From the NCBI GenBank assembly GCA_946965045.2, contig OX337236.1, forward strand, positions 1,922,001 to 1,986,000: DNA of 64,000 nt, given 5' to 3'. Both the position numbers and the translations under genes were made by a program. Positions 10,582 to 21,940 of this stretch are shown piece after piece (position 1 is the stretch's first letter; the number at the start of each line of letters is the position of its first letter). Origin of the DNA: Epithemia pelagica (taxonomy: Eukaryota; Protista; Bacillariophyta). The notes beneath the pieces are model-generated. The model was not told the DNA's origin, did no database searches, and saw nothing but the letters and a program-made list of their open reading frames with translations.

Positions 10582-12751
10582 TCAATGTTCGCGAGCAGAC
10601 AATTCACGCCATTGTTCCGGCAACCACCTTTTACCGGAAACCCCAAAGAAGCTTCGAAGCTGTGGTCTTGCAAGACAAGTCCATCCGCGCCTCTCTGATG
10701 GATTGACAGCAGGATGCCCACGGACAAGATAGGAATTGGGCAACGTGGCAGGTTGATTTGGAATCTCTTTCCCTTCCTTTAGTTGGTATCCATAGAGATC
10801 ATATGTGACAACCCCTGACTTTACATCCTTTTGCCACAAACAAACAAAAACATCGTACTCTGGAAATTTAGCAAACTTCGGGTAGTAAATAGAAACTTTG
10901 GGGAAGTTCCCCTCCCAGTGATGGTTCGAACAGATTTCACCCAGTGCCTTCTGCAATTCTTCAAGATTCTTGACCATCGATATGGTCCGAGTGGCGGGCA
11001 ATGGATAATTATAAAAGAGACTTGTCGAAATCGTCTTCATTTCGAAACTCACAGTTGGGATGCACGAGACATCTCCAAAATTACCAGAAACATATCGCAA
11101 CCAGAGAACAAGCAAAAACAAAGACTCCCATCCATCACCGCTTTCTTCTTTGCTCGTGCTCCAACTTTTCGCATCTTGTACGACTTGACTTTGCGATAGT
11201 CCGAAACGACCTTGGATTGAATCTGCAAGATTTCCCAACAACTCCATCAAATAGCATGGTATCCAATAGCTTTTGCCATTGCCGTTATCCAAAAGTGCGT
11301 CAATATTCGTCCCTAGTGGCTCTCCGGAGAAGAAAGATCCCAAGACTCTTTGCAGCAAGTCGAAGTCCAATGTTGTACCACTACAAGCCCTCTCTGTACG
11401 ACGGGCGATCTGCGCTTTCTCAGCGAGCCCTTCAACCGTAAGAGTTGTCACCAGCAATGCCGGAATGAGGCCGTAATAGAGAGCCATTCGCGGCGTGAGA
11501 TCGGTGATATTTAGATTTTGTCTTGCACCTGATAGATCCTGAATCAGCGGTAAGGTTTTAACTTCCATGTCACGAAAGGAAAGGGACGGCAATGCTTTTT
11601 CTGGATTTGTTGAGCTCATAATCGCAATTGGAGAAGTCGTTGAATGAGACAAAGAGAGTTGGAATACACTGTTCGCGAAGTGCCTTTGCCAACTCGTAGA
11701 GTGCCCTCGTCTTCCCTCCCCTGGAGCAGCGAGCCAGGGAAGTGATTGGGACTCGGTACGATCCATCGGCTGCATCCTCCTTCAGGCACAAATCCGTCAC
11801 CCTCCCCACGATGTCATCAAGCCATCCTTCTTGGCTTACGAACGGAGGTGTGATCGGTTCAAGATGAGGAATTTCCAAGAGGTTCATCCACTGTTGAGCC
11901 GGAATGCGGATTCTTTTTGGCGGACTTGCCTCTGGCACTGTCCATTGCACGCTTCTAAGTTTTGAGTTAAAATAGTAGGTCCGCCCCTCGCCGTCTACCA
12001 TTTCTTGCCATCCTTCTGGAAGGGGCGGTGAATCTGCCGGTTGAGCTGGAATGCGGATTCTTTTTGGCGGATTAGCCTCAGGCACTGTCCATTGCACGCT
12101 TCCAAGTTTTGAGTTAAAATAGTAGGTCCGCCCCTCGCCGTCTACCATTTCTTGCCATCCTTCTGGAAGGGGCGGTGAATCTGCCGGTTGCTCCTGCGAT
12201 GCACTCATTCCTAGACATACTGTATCTTGATTGTGTTGTATAGTTGTTGTCGAGGTTGTTGTCGCTTCATGTACAATCATTTCGTCAGCTCCAACAGAAG
12301 CTGCACCCAGATCCACGTCTCCGGTCATAAGGTCGATCTTCCGCCTCTTGCTAAGTCCCACATGTGATTTTCGTTTCTTGCGACCCGCCATGCCGCGGTG
12401 TTGTTGGTGATGCCACACTGGAACACGAGAAATGCTCGGAACTCCCAACAAGAGGGGATTGGAGACTGCCATGGTTTGTGAAAAAGAACCACAAATTGTG
12501 TTTGGATGGTGACGGATGGTGGATCCACCCAGGGGCGAGGAGGAGAGCAGGATGGATGATGAACAAGACGACGACAACGCCCGCACCGTGGTTCCGGCAA
12601 GACATGTTCCAAGTGTCCCAGCCGGGTTGCAGGATGCCACTATTCCAATCGTTTTGTTGGTCTTGGAATGGATCAATGGCAATGAAATCCTGTGGCGACA
12701 CCAAACGCCAATCCCACGGGTGGCGGCGGCGGTGGTGGTGGCCATCATCAT
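10582..12751 (-). pseudogene. Crinkler/RHS-like WW-NTPase-REase gene, copy 3, with a 281-bp internal deletion removing Walker B
   Basis: Junction GAGCTCA|TAATCG at 11618/11619 with CTCA microhomology. The deletion is 281 bp relative to the intact allele and causes a frameshift, splitting the gene into ORFs 11570-13006 and 10582-11775. Confidence 0.8.
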
Positions 12752-13252
12752 GGTGATGATGATGATGGTGACTGCCTTGCCAGGAACAGAGGATGTCTCG
12801 AATGGTCTGGACCGACTATCAAGCCGCGCGGGTCCAACAAAAGATACCATGGCTGCCTGTCCGCTGTCCGCCTGACTTATTCCGCGACCGAAGAATTCTC
12901 TTCCGCGACCGACTACCACTACCCACTCTACCACCACCACGACACCCACCCACGACACTACTCCTATACTCCTACTCCTGTGACCCAGAAAATGTTCTTG
13001 ATCCATACGATTGTTCTAGACGAAATAGTGGAACAAGATTTTCTAGCACAGCGATCTACTTCTCCACATTTGCTAGAGGAAATGATGGAGGACATTTCAT
13101 ACTACTCTGCCGAAGGGCACCGGGACAAACGAGAAACGAACATCAACGTTTGGGTGTGTCGCGGTCAACCATGGAAAACCCGCACCAGTCTAGTTCTCTC
13201 GAGTCATATCCCACAAGCCCACAAGGAACAGGAGTGTATATGTGTGCCTGTG

Positions 13253-14277
13253 TTACAAGAGTGGCCGGATCGAAACCAACAACGGAGCATGAGTGGGTTT
13301 CCCACCAGCTATTACCACATGAGCCAAGAGACGACGCTGGTCCAGAGATTGGTGTGGACTCGTGGCAAATTCGCAAACTTGCACCAAGGTTTGATCGGTC
13401 GGTGCCCGACGGAGTGCGTCGAGGAATCGAGCGGCACCCACCACGGCCATTCCATGACCACGGCCTCGCGACGGGGAAACGACACTGGCCGTCACAAACC
13501 CCATGGGGGATTCGGGGGAACCGGATTCGAGTGCATGGCTGTTGTCGTGGCCATCCTTGTGGTTGGCAGTGTTGCTGGGTGCTGATGTTAAATACGGAAT
13601 CAAGCGACTGCCTGGAATCAATGTGCCCTTGCCCTGTTCGATTCGAACCTGCACCATGACCAGGGCCGGTAAGGATAAGGATTGTCGTAGGGAAAGACAT
13701 GTTTGTTGGAAAGTTTGGCATTCTCGTTGGGACGGAGGGGGAACACGACGAAAATCGGTAGGATTGAGAGTCGGACGACGACGTCGTCGTTGTCGTCCAG
13801 GAGGATGCGTCAGTGTGGGTGACGGGTCTTGGACGACGGGACTTGTTGTCCTTGCTGCCTTCATCAAGTCCAAGAGGGGTTGGCCGTAGATGCCTCGCAT
13901 CATCACCACTGCTGTCGTGGCAACCGAGGATGGGATCAAGACATTCCAGGATGGAATTGGAACCATGGGTGGACGGTTTTTCTTGTGGATCCGTCCCAAC
14001 CCACCTTCCAAGTATCGTCGAAGAATGTACCACTCGTGTGTTGCAGTTTGATTGCGAGTATCATTGTTGCAGAAAGGTTCGTCGGGTGTCAACGAGAAAG
14101 ATTGGGTGCGGGTCGTCGTTGCGGTGTTCCAGTACTGTTGCCCCGCGTTCGTCTCTGGATAATCACGAGGGAACATGGCACGAGGAGGATCGCATTCCAA
14201 ACACCATTGAGCTTCTTCCGCCAATCCAATGGGACAGGCTCCTCCCTGCACAACCAAGGACAACCACAACTGCGAGG
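13253..14277 (-). pseudogene. POP1: Duplicated 3' third of POP1 (POPLD region), 5'-truncated
   Basis: Matches 18676 to ~19688; homology stops at CTGCGAGG (14277). Confidence 0.88.
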
Positions 14278-15430
14278 GCTTGATGAACTACAAAGATACT
14301 ACTGGCCAATGCCCTGGGTGGCTGTGGTGTGGTGTTGGGAATGGATGGTATTCCAGTTGCTGGAATCGTCAAGGATTCGAATCCTTGCGACACAACGGCT
14401 TGTACCGGAACATTGAAAACTGCCACTCCAAAAACAACACTACTCTCTGGCTCGTCATACACATCGTCGTATGAAAAGAAATGCAATCGATAGGATCTTT
14501 TGTGTAACATTGGTCGCACACAATTCTTCAATTTCTCTTGGGTCCATCTCCGGGACGCTCTGTATTCGCGCCCACCCAATGACAAGTACCATTCTCTCAA
14601 TTCCCACCTAGACATTGTGTACAACTGGTTTCTTGTTGTTGAAGAGTCAAAAGACTCGGAAACGAAGCCGCCACGGCACAAACCACCGACCAAAGTGGTC
14701 TGGGGGAAGGCTTGTTGTAAGGTTGCCAAAACGTGATCGACTTGATTCTCTCTATATTCTATCCCATGCATCCAAATTGCTGAGGGCTTTTTGCCCTCAA
14801 AATACTGTATTGCGTGAGATTGTAATTGCTGAATCAAGTCACGGGTGGCAGCCAAAGTTGTGGAGCTCATCGTGTTCGCAGAGGACGACGTAGGTAATCC
14901 TGCTTCTCCAGTAGTGGTAAAACTAAACGGATACATCGAATTGGGTGGTAGGGTGGCGAGCAAGAGCCCATCTTCCGGGCCGATCGAGCAAATGGGAACG
15001 GTGGTTTGCAAAATAACGGATATTGTCCCCAAAACGACACAGTCGGAGGGAATCCAGCCCGGTAACTCTCGTCGTAAGGTACTTGACGGTTGAGAACTAG
15101 CGACAATAAAATTGTGCGAAGTTTGCAATTTATGATGGACCGCGTATTGCATCATTCCTTGCGCATACTTTGTGCAACTGTAGGCTGATCGCCCATCCAT
15201 TCTGGTGATGGTGACCACGTTGGGAGTGTGAAAGAGACGACGGTATTCCTGAACCAAATACCAATAGCGACGCGAAGACAACTGGAAACGATATAGCGAC
15301 GCGAAGACAACTGCAAACGATTAGCATCCAAAAAGGACAAATAGGGAAGCACCCGCAGCACCACATCCACATTCCAGTCATCCATACTGCAAATCGTGGA
15401 GGCAGTCGTTGTGGTTGAAGATGTTGCCAT
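14278..15430 (-). pseudogene. F-box + FIST-N-like protein gene, frameshifted by a 29-bp tandem duplication and 3'-truncated by fusion to the POP1 fragment
   Basis: F-box-like DDWNVDVVLRVLPYLSFLDANRLQLSSRRY; FIST-like AFPQTTLVGGLC and VVFGVAVF...QAVVSQG. Duplication at 15264-15292/15293-15321. Confidence 0.6.
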
Positions 15431-15733
15431 GGTGTGGTTGGTGGTTTTGGAAGCTCTTTGTCCAGATGGAAATTGTGAGTGACTTGCGGAAGAGGAGGGA
15501 TGGTGAGTGTTCGATTCTTCTCTGTCTCTTCGTTCTTGCAACTTTGGAATGGTCTCTCTTCCACTAGTCTTGCAACTTCTGGGAAGAGATCTTCCCCATT
15601 GAGAGTTTGAAAACGAGAGCTGTTCCCCGTCATCGTCATAGTCACGCCCCCAAAAGATTCAATGGATTAAACTTGACACGTGCGTTATATGCAATGCATG
15701 ATGAATCAAGTATCCGTACGACGCTCGGACTCT

Positions 15734-18175
15734 CTACAGTGATGATGCCGCGGTCACGACCGTCGCTCTATGAAGGGGAATGAGCAGGACTCTCTGCACC
15801 ACATGGTCCCGCAGGGCCTTGTTTGCCACTGCAATATCTCTTGTCGATAGTCCGCTACAGTCCTTCCTTCGCAGAGTCTTGGCAGCGTTGGACCATTTAT
15901 CCTCTTTCCATGCAGGAACAACCCAGTAGAAAGTGAGGTCTTTCGCGTCCTCGGCCACTGCCAGCGGTGACTTTTCAGAGACCAATATACCTGCATCGAC
16001 AAGAAGCTCAATCCAACCATTTCGATCATGATCATTGCCAGTTGTAGCTTGGTAGACGTCCCGGCGTTTACCAATGTAATCAATGGCCGGATAGCACTTT
16101 GAAAGACCAACAAATGTGGCAGCTACGAATGGAGCTTCGCCAAACTGCAGCAAAGGTTGGACACAACCAGTTCGAGTGATTTCCGTTGGCGTATCCGGTA
16201 GAAGAAACTTGGTCTTCGATTGCGCTTCAAGAGACAGCGTAGATCTTGTCGACTTCAGAATTGCTTGCTTCGCCTCACTCTCCTGAGCTCCTTCAGCTGA
16301 TTTTTCGCGCGTGTACACCATCTCTCGAACTACAAAGTCGCCCCCAGTATGGACGTCCCAACCTGCCAGAAGCTCAAAAAGGCCTCCGCCATCATTGGTT
16401 GCTTGTGCCATTGCCGACAGCATAGTGGACCGATGTGCTTCGTAGATAGTCGCCACAGAAAAGCGACTAAGGTATCGAATATTCGGGATCGAGTAGTCTG
16501 AGCTCCCGTCGACAGAAAAGTTGTTTATATGGGCAAAGAAACAGCCAGCAACGGTTCCATTTCGCTCAACAGCCCTATCCGTGAACGCGCTGCGGACAAT
16601 GTCGGCATCAAGCAGTTTTGCTCGTTCTTGGATGCGCTTGACACGGCGGTTGTAGAGCGTTTTCGCAAAAATATATCGCGGTGCTTCTCCAACTTTATTG
16701 GCTCTTTGGTCGATGACGCCAGAATCGATCGTGTCACCTTTCTCCAGGGATATCAACTTGAGCTCGGCGACGCGACGCAGCTCATCGCGCGTCCACAATC
16801 CGACATAGAAGTGAAAGAGGTTCAAGACTTTGCTCGGGTCAATTGGAAAATGCTCTTCGTCTGCGCTACAAGCAACAACCATGTGGCGTCGCGAATGCAC
16901 AAACTCAGCTCCTCCTTTTTCAGCTTCTTTTGGGTCAAGAAGAACCACGGATTTCTCAAACATGCTTCCTGACAGGCTTTCCGTCATGAAGAATCCATGC
17001 GGATTCTCTTTCTCCGTCGCCATGAAAACCGAAAGTCTGTCATCAACGAGAATAATCCACAAAGCAAACTCTTCCTTTTGGCTGTAGTAGCGGATGCTTT
17101 TTGCCGAATCGCCTGATGTGTCAAGGAGAAATCGTCGAAGCAACAGCTGTAACGTCCTAGTCTTGCCTACACCCGGTGGTCCAATGATATAGCTCAGAGT
17201 GCGCTGATGATTCTTCCAGATGTCCTCGATTGCAGTAACGACTCTGCGACTGTGAGGGCGAGTGATAAGATTCGGATTTCCTGCCATGTCCATGTCGATG
17301 CCATGATCTTCACTTAGGTTGTAGTAGTGAAGGCCAGTTCCGTGCTCGTCTATCACCTCGTTGGATTCAAGTAGCCCTTTGATTTGTTCGCTCCGTCTCT
17401 TGTTGAATTTCCAAGCAGTTGTTCCCTCAGTGATTTTCGATATGAATTTGCTTTCGTTGCGAAGGTCTGCTTCCATTTGCGCCCGCTGAATGTCGTCTTC
17501 GAAATCAACAACCTTGACAACTACGTCATCTGTCGTAGGGATGTCAGGGATTTGAAACAGTCGGGACGACGTCGACGCATGCAGCTCCTGCGTTGCTGAT
17601 GTTTCCGCTGCCATTGACACTGGTGGTGGAACTGTTGGCAGTGCCGCTGGCTTCGATTCAATCTTCGCTTCATCCAAAGGTGTTGTCGCTTCATGTACAA
17701 TCATTTCGTCAGCTCCAACAGAAGCTGCACCCAGATCCACGTCTCCGGTCATAACGTCGATCTTCCGCCTCTTGCTAAGTCCCACATGTGATTTTCGTTT
17801 CTTGCGACCCGCCATGCCGCGGTGTTGTTGGTGATGCCACACTGGAACACGAGAAATGCTCGGAACTCCCAACAAGAGGGGATTGGAGACTGCCATGGTT
17901 TGTGAAAAAGAACCACAAATTGTGTTTGGATGGTGACGGATGGTGGATCCACCCAGGGGCGAGGAGGAGAGCAGGATGGATGATGAACAAGACGACGACA
18001 ACGCCCGCACCGTGGTTCCGGCAAGACATGTTCCAAGTGTCCCAGCCGGGTTGCAGGATGCCACTATTCCAATCGTTTTGTTGGTCTTGGAATGGATCAA
18101 TGGCAATGAAATCCTGTGGCGACACCAAACGCCAATCCCACGGGTGGCGGCGGCGGTGGTGGTGGCCATCATCAT
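15734..18175 (-). CDS. 813-aa Crinkler/RHS-like protein: shared presequence-like header + P-loop NTPase + restriction-endonuclease-fold C-terminus
   Basis: Walker A IIGPPGVGKTRTL, Walker B-like VVLLDPKE, REase-like FELLAG...YPAIDYI...VYQATTGNDH. The first ~165 aa are essentially identical to the WW-CRN copies. Confidence 0.72.
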   Translation of the reverse strand: MMMATTTAAATRGIGVWCRHRISLPLIHSKTNKTIGIVASCNPAGTLGTCLAGTTVRALSSSCSSSILLSSSPLGGSTIRHHPNTICGSFSQTMAVSNPLLLGVPSISRVPVWHHQQHRGMAGRKKRKSHVGLSKRRKIDVMTGDVDLGAASVGADEMIVHEATTPLDEAKIESKPAALPTVPPPVSMAAETSATQELHASTSSRLFQIPDIPTTDDVVVKVVDFEDDIQRAQMEADLRNESKFISKITEGTTAWKFNKRRSEQIKGLLESNEVIDEHGTGLHYYNLSEDHGIDMDMAGNPNLITRPHSRRVVTAIEDIWKNHQRTLSYIIGPPGVGKTRTLQLLLRRFLLDTSGDSAKSIRYYSQKEEFALWIILVDDRLSVFMATEKENPHGFFMTESLSGSMFEKSVVLLDPKEAEKGGAEFVHSRRHMVVACSADEEHFPIDPSKVLNLFHFYVGLWTRDELRRVAELKLISLEKGDTIDSGVIDQRANKVGEAPRYIFAKTLYNRRVKRIQERAKLLDADIVRSAFTDRAVERNGTVAGCFFAHINNFSVDGSSDYSIPNIRYLSRFSVATIYEAHRSTMLSAMAQATNDGGGLFELLAGWDVHTGGDFVVREMVYTREKSAEGAQESEAKQAILKSTRSTLSLEAQSKTKFLLPDTPTEITRTGCVQPLLQFGEAPFVAATFVGLSKCYPAIDYIGKRRDVYQATTGNDHDRNGWIELLVDAGILVSEKSPLAVAEDAKDLTFYWVVPAWKEDKWSNAAKTLRRKDCSGLSTRDIAVANKALRDHVVQRVLLIPLHRATVVTAASSL

Positions 18176-18675
18176 GGTGATGATGATGATGGTGACTGCC
18201 TTGCCAGGAACAGAGGATGTCTGGACCGACCATCATGCCGCGCGGGTCCAACAAAAGATACCATGGCTGCCTGTCCGCTGTCCGCCTGACTTATTCCGCG
18301 ACCGAAGAATTCTCTTCCGCGACCGACTACCACTACCCACTCTACCACCACCACGACACCCACCCACGACACTAATGTTACTACTCCTATACTCCTACTC
18401 CTGTGACCCAGAAAATGTTCTTGATCCATACGATTGTTCTAGACGAAATAGTGGAACAAGATTTTCTAGCACAGCGATCTACTTCTCCACATTTGCTAGA
18501 GGAAATGATGGAGGACATTTCATACTACTCCGCCGAAGGGCACCGGGACAAACGAGAAACGAACATCAACGTTTGGGTGTGTCGCGGTCAACCATGGAAA
18601 ACCCGCACCAGTCTAGTTCTCTCGAGTCATATCCCACAAGCCCACAAGGAACAGGAGTGTATATGTGTGCCTGTG

Positions 18676-21414
18676 TTACAAGAGTGGCCGGATCGAAACC
18701 AACAACGGAGCATGAGTGGGTTTCCCACCAGCTATTACCACATGAGCCAAGAGACGACGCTGGTCCAGAGATTGGTGTGGACTCGTGGCAAATTCGCAAA
18801 CTTGCACCAAGGTTTGATCGGTCGGTGCCCGACGGAGTGCGTCGAGGAATCGAGCGGCACCCACCACGGCCATTCCATGACCACGGCCTCGCGACGGGGA
18901 AACGACACTGGCCGTCACAAACCCCATGGGGGATTCGGGGGAACCGGATTCGAGTGCATGGCTGTTGTCGTGGCCATCCTTGTGGTTGGCAGTGTTGCTG
19001 GGTGCTGATGTTAAATACGGAATCAAGCGACTGCCTGGAATCAATGTGCCCTTGCCCTGTTCGATTCGAACCTGCACCATGACCAGGGCCGGTAAGGATA
19101 AGGATTGTCGTAGGGAAAGACATGTTTGTTGGAAAGTTTGGCATTCTCGTTGGGACGGAGGGGGAACACGACGAAAATCGGTAGGATTGAGAGTCGGACG
19201 ACGACGTCGTCGTTGTCGTCCAGGAGGATGCGTCAGTGTGGGTGACGGGTCTTGGACGACGGGACTTGTTGTCCTTGCTGCCTTCATCAAGTCCAAGAGG
19301 GGTTGGCCGTAGATGCCTCGCATCATCACCACTGCTGTCGTGGCAACCGAGGATGGGATCAAGACATTCCAGGATGGAATTGGAACCATGGGTGGACGGT
19401 TTTTCTTGTGGATCCGTCCCAACCCACCTTCCAAGTATCGTCGAAGGATGGACCACTCTTGTGTTGCAGTTTGATTGCGAGTATCACTGTTGCATAAAGG
19501 CTCGTCGAAAGATTGGGTGCAGGTCGTCGTTGCGGTGTTCCAGTACTGTTGCCCCGCTTCCGTCTCTGGATAATCACGAGGGAACATGGCACGAGGAGGA
19601 TCGCATTCCAAACACCATTGAGCTTCTTCCGCCAATCCAATGGGACAGGCTCCTCCCTGCACAACCAAGGACAACCACAACTGCGAGGCAAAGCGAGGAC
19701 GACAGAGAATGGTCAAGGCGGCCTGACTTGACACGGTCCCAACAAAAGAAAAAGACGCGTCGTTGGTGGTGTTTGTCCTTGGCGGATGGTTGTTGTTGGA
19801 CGACACGAGGATACCAATCGTTTCCTTGTCCCGCTGGCCCACATTCACATGCTCAAGAAGCGTCAGGCCGTTTTGTAGAGTCCAGGAACCCCCACCACCA
19901 TTACTTCTACTACTACTACTGGTTGTGGGGTCCGGAGGAGACTTGTTGCTGCATTCGACTGGATCAAGATGCGTGTTAGTTCCCCGCATCATGGCTCGTT
20001 GTGAGTCATGGGACAAGGACGACAACACCACGGCACGTCGGACACAGGATTCGGCCATGGCTCCACGCAGGACAAAGGCGGCCACTCCTCCCGAAACACA
20101 GTTTACAGACTCGATTCGGGCCATGCCGTCCTTGCCCAAGTCGTCGTTGTCGTTTCGAGGACTGGCCGCCGCCAAAAGTTGTTGGAGGCATTGAACACAC
20201 GTGGACACAATGGAGGGATGGACAAACAAATAAACGTAATAACAGCAGTTGTTTGGTGGTGGTTGGACGGTTGTACCAGGCGTCTCATGGTGGAGCCACA
20301 AGGGAGGTGCCTGGGAAACGAGCCATTCGACAGGTCCAATGGCATTCCCCGGTGCTTGATCTACAGCATGAAACATGCCATGACCCATTTCGGAGTGTCT
20401 GCCGTCGTCGTTTTCGTGTTTTAGGGAGCCAAAATTGGGAATGACACGTTGCAAGGGATTCCGCAAAGAGTTGTTGGTAGTAGAAGTAGTAGTCGAGGGC
20501 ACTGTCAGGAGACATTGAATGGGTTGCATCCGGTACGAGACATCTTGAATGAGACATTTGGTCGCCGTTGTGGGCGATGCTTCTTCTTCTTCGTCGTCGT
20601 CGTCATTGTCGTCGCCATTCTCATTTTCTGGAGTGGATCGAAGGAATCTCAAGGCGGCTTGTGCACCTCGATTGGTATGCAGGAGGGGAACCTTCCATCC
20701 CCACAAGCGTTGCATGTGAAATCGTTTGGCATGCCACAAATGAGTGGGAATCCAAAAACAACCGGTGGTATTTGCAATCGTCGGAGTCGCAGTGTGTGTC
20801 GTACTCGCAGTGTCACAATTGGAACCTTGCAGGAGAAATTGGAAAAACGATTCGGCATTTTGCCACGGTTGTTCATGGTGGGATCGTAACCACGAACGAT
20901 GGAATCGTTGGGATCGACGACTCGAGTGGCGAGGTGATGGTGGTGTCGAGTCGTCGTTGATCTCCTCTGGTCGTGTGTTTAAATCCTTTAACGTCATGAT
21001 TGCATCGTCATGGTCCGGATTATTCTTATTAGTAGTAGTAGTATTGCCTGGTCCTTGAGGATATCGATGTCGTCGTCTCCCATTGGGAACATGACTGGTC
21101 GTCCGTCGTCGCAAATGTCGCGCCGACGTTTGACACCCACGACTTTGATAGGCCTGTCCATCCAGAGGCATCAAGAGAGGAGGAAGCTTGACGCTACCGT
21201 CTTGTTGTCGTCGTGGTGTTGTTGTTGTTGTGGAGGATTGGACGACAACGTACTGTTGATAGAGGGCTTGCACTTCGGGAAATCGACTCGTGGCAAAGGA
21301 GGAAGCCAACAGAGAGGCGGTTGTATCGCAAAAGGATGGAGTCTCTGGTTGCGACCGTCGCCGTTTCCGATTCCTTTTCTTCTTGTTGTTTGATGCGGTT
21401 GTTGTTCCCTCCAT
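18676..21414 (-). CDS. POP1: RNase P/MRP subunit POP1 (912 aa)
   Basis: Signature WIPTHLWHAKRFHMQRLWGWKVP; POPLD region LWLSLVVQGGACPIG...FPRDYPET; C-terminal MGFVTASVVSPSRGRGHGMA. Confidence 0.9.
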   Translation of the reverse strand: MEGTTTASNNKKKRNRKRRRSQPETPSFCDTTASLLASSFATSRFPEVQALYQQYVVVQSSTTTTTPRRQQDGSVKLPPLLMPLDGQAYQSRGCQTSARHLRRRTTSHVPNGRRRHRYPQGPGNTTTTNKNNPDHDDAIMTLKDLNTRPEEINDDSTPPSPRHSSRRSQRFHRSWLRSHHEQPWQNAESFFQFLLQGSNCDTASTTHTATPTIANTTGCFWIPTHLWHAKRFHMQRLWGWKVPLLHTNRGAQAALRFLRSTPENENGDDNDDDDEEEEASPTTATKCLIQDVSYRMQPIQCLLTVPSTTTSTTNNSLRNPLQRVIPNFGSLKHENDDGRHSEMGHGMFHAVDQAPGNAIGPVEWLVSQAPPLWLHHETPGTTVQPPPNNCCYYVYLFVHPSIVSTCVQCLQQLLAAASPRNDNDDLGKDGMARIESVNCVSGGVAAFVLRGAMAESCVRRAVVLSSLSHDSQRAMMRGTNTHLDPVECSNKSPPDPTTSSSSRSNGGGGSWTLQNGLTLLEHVNVGQRDKETIGILVSSNNNHPPRTNTTNDASFSFVGTVSSQAALTILCRPRFASQLWLSLVVQGGACPIGLAEEAQWCLECDPPRAMFPRDYPETEAGQQYWNTATTTCTQSFDEPLCNSDTRNQTATQEWSILRRYLEGGLGRIHKKNRPPMVPIPSWNVLIPSSVATTAVVMMRGIYGQPLLDLMKAARTTSPVVQDPSPTLTHPPGRQRRRRRPTLNPTDFRRVPPPSQRECQTFQQTCLSLRQSLSLPALVMVQVRIEQGKGTLIPGSRLIPYLTSAPSNTANHKDGHDNSHALESGSPESPMGFVTASVVSPSRGRGHGMAVVGAARFLDALRRAPTDQTLVQVCEFATSPHQSLDQRRLLAHVVIAGGKPTHAPLLVSIRPLL

Positions 21415-21940
21415 ATCAGGTGGACATGTGATGTTGTATATGGTTGATGGTTCTTGAGATTCTCACGGTTGTGATAGGGTCTGTGGTGACAGGATCTTTG
21501 GAGGGAAGCTTGCTGGGGATCTTTCCTTCGAAACGACGTTATGCTACTGAAAGGCGACCCAAAGAAACCGTTGAAGTAGGCACGGCACGCTCCGCGTATG
21601 GCGATCTTCCACGTGGTCGCTTCAAACCCGCTTCACCGCAACAAAGAACATTGTGACACGCACTGTGACATGGATCCTCCGGACCAATTCGCGCTCCTCC
21701 GGAATGAGTGGCGCGCTCCGGAAGATCCAATATTGTCTGTCCATCGACCGTCCATCAACACGATCCACTGGGACCCAAACTGTACCATGCGTACGTGTTC
21801 CAGAGTGGTGGTTGCAGTTGCATTCTCTCGTGGTTGCTTCTACCGAGCGAGAAGATCCACGACGACGACAACGAGACACCTTCCTCTCTCCCATATCTTT
21901 GTTCAGTTTGGACTTTAACGATTGTGTGGAATATATCAAG

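Larger units (their letters stand above)
1..13253. repeat. Tandem segmental amplification with ~5.67-kb unit: copy A 1-5686 (runs off the window), copy B 5687-11339, partial copy C 11340-13253
   Basis: CCAAGACTCTTTGCAGCAAGTCG recurs at 1, 5687 and 11340. ORF translations recur almost identically (e.g. the 577-aa ORFs at 2091 and 7755). Copies differ by small indels and SNPs. Confidence 0.95.

Noticed and set aside
12692-14033. 280-380-aa ORFs overlapping the POP1 3' region (also 17940-19456)
   Set aside because: They are antisense or alternative-frame shadows of GC-rich POP1 and its duplicate; they recur only because the DNA is duplicated.
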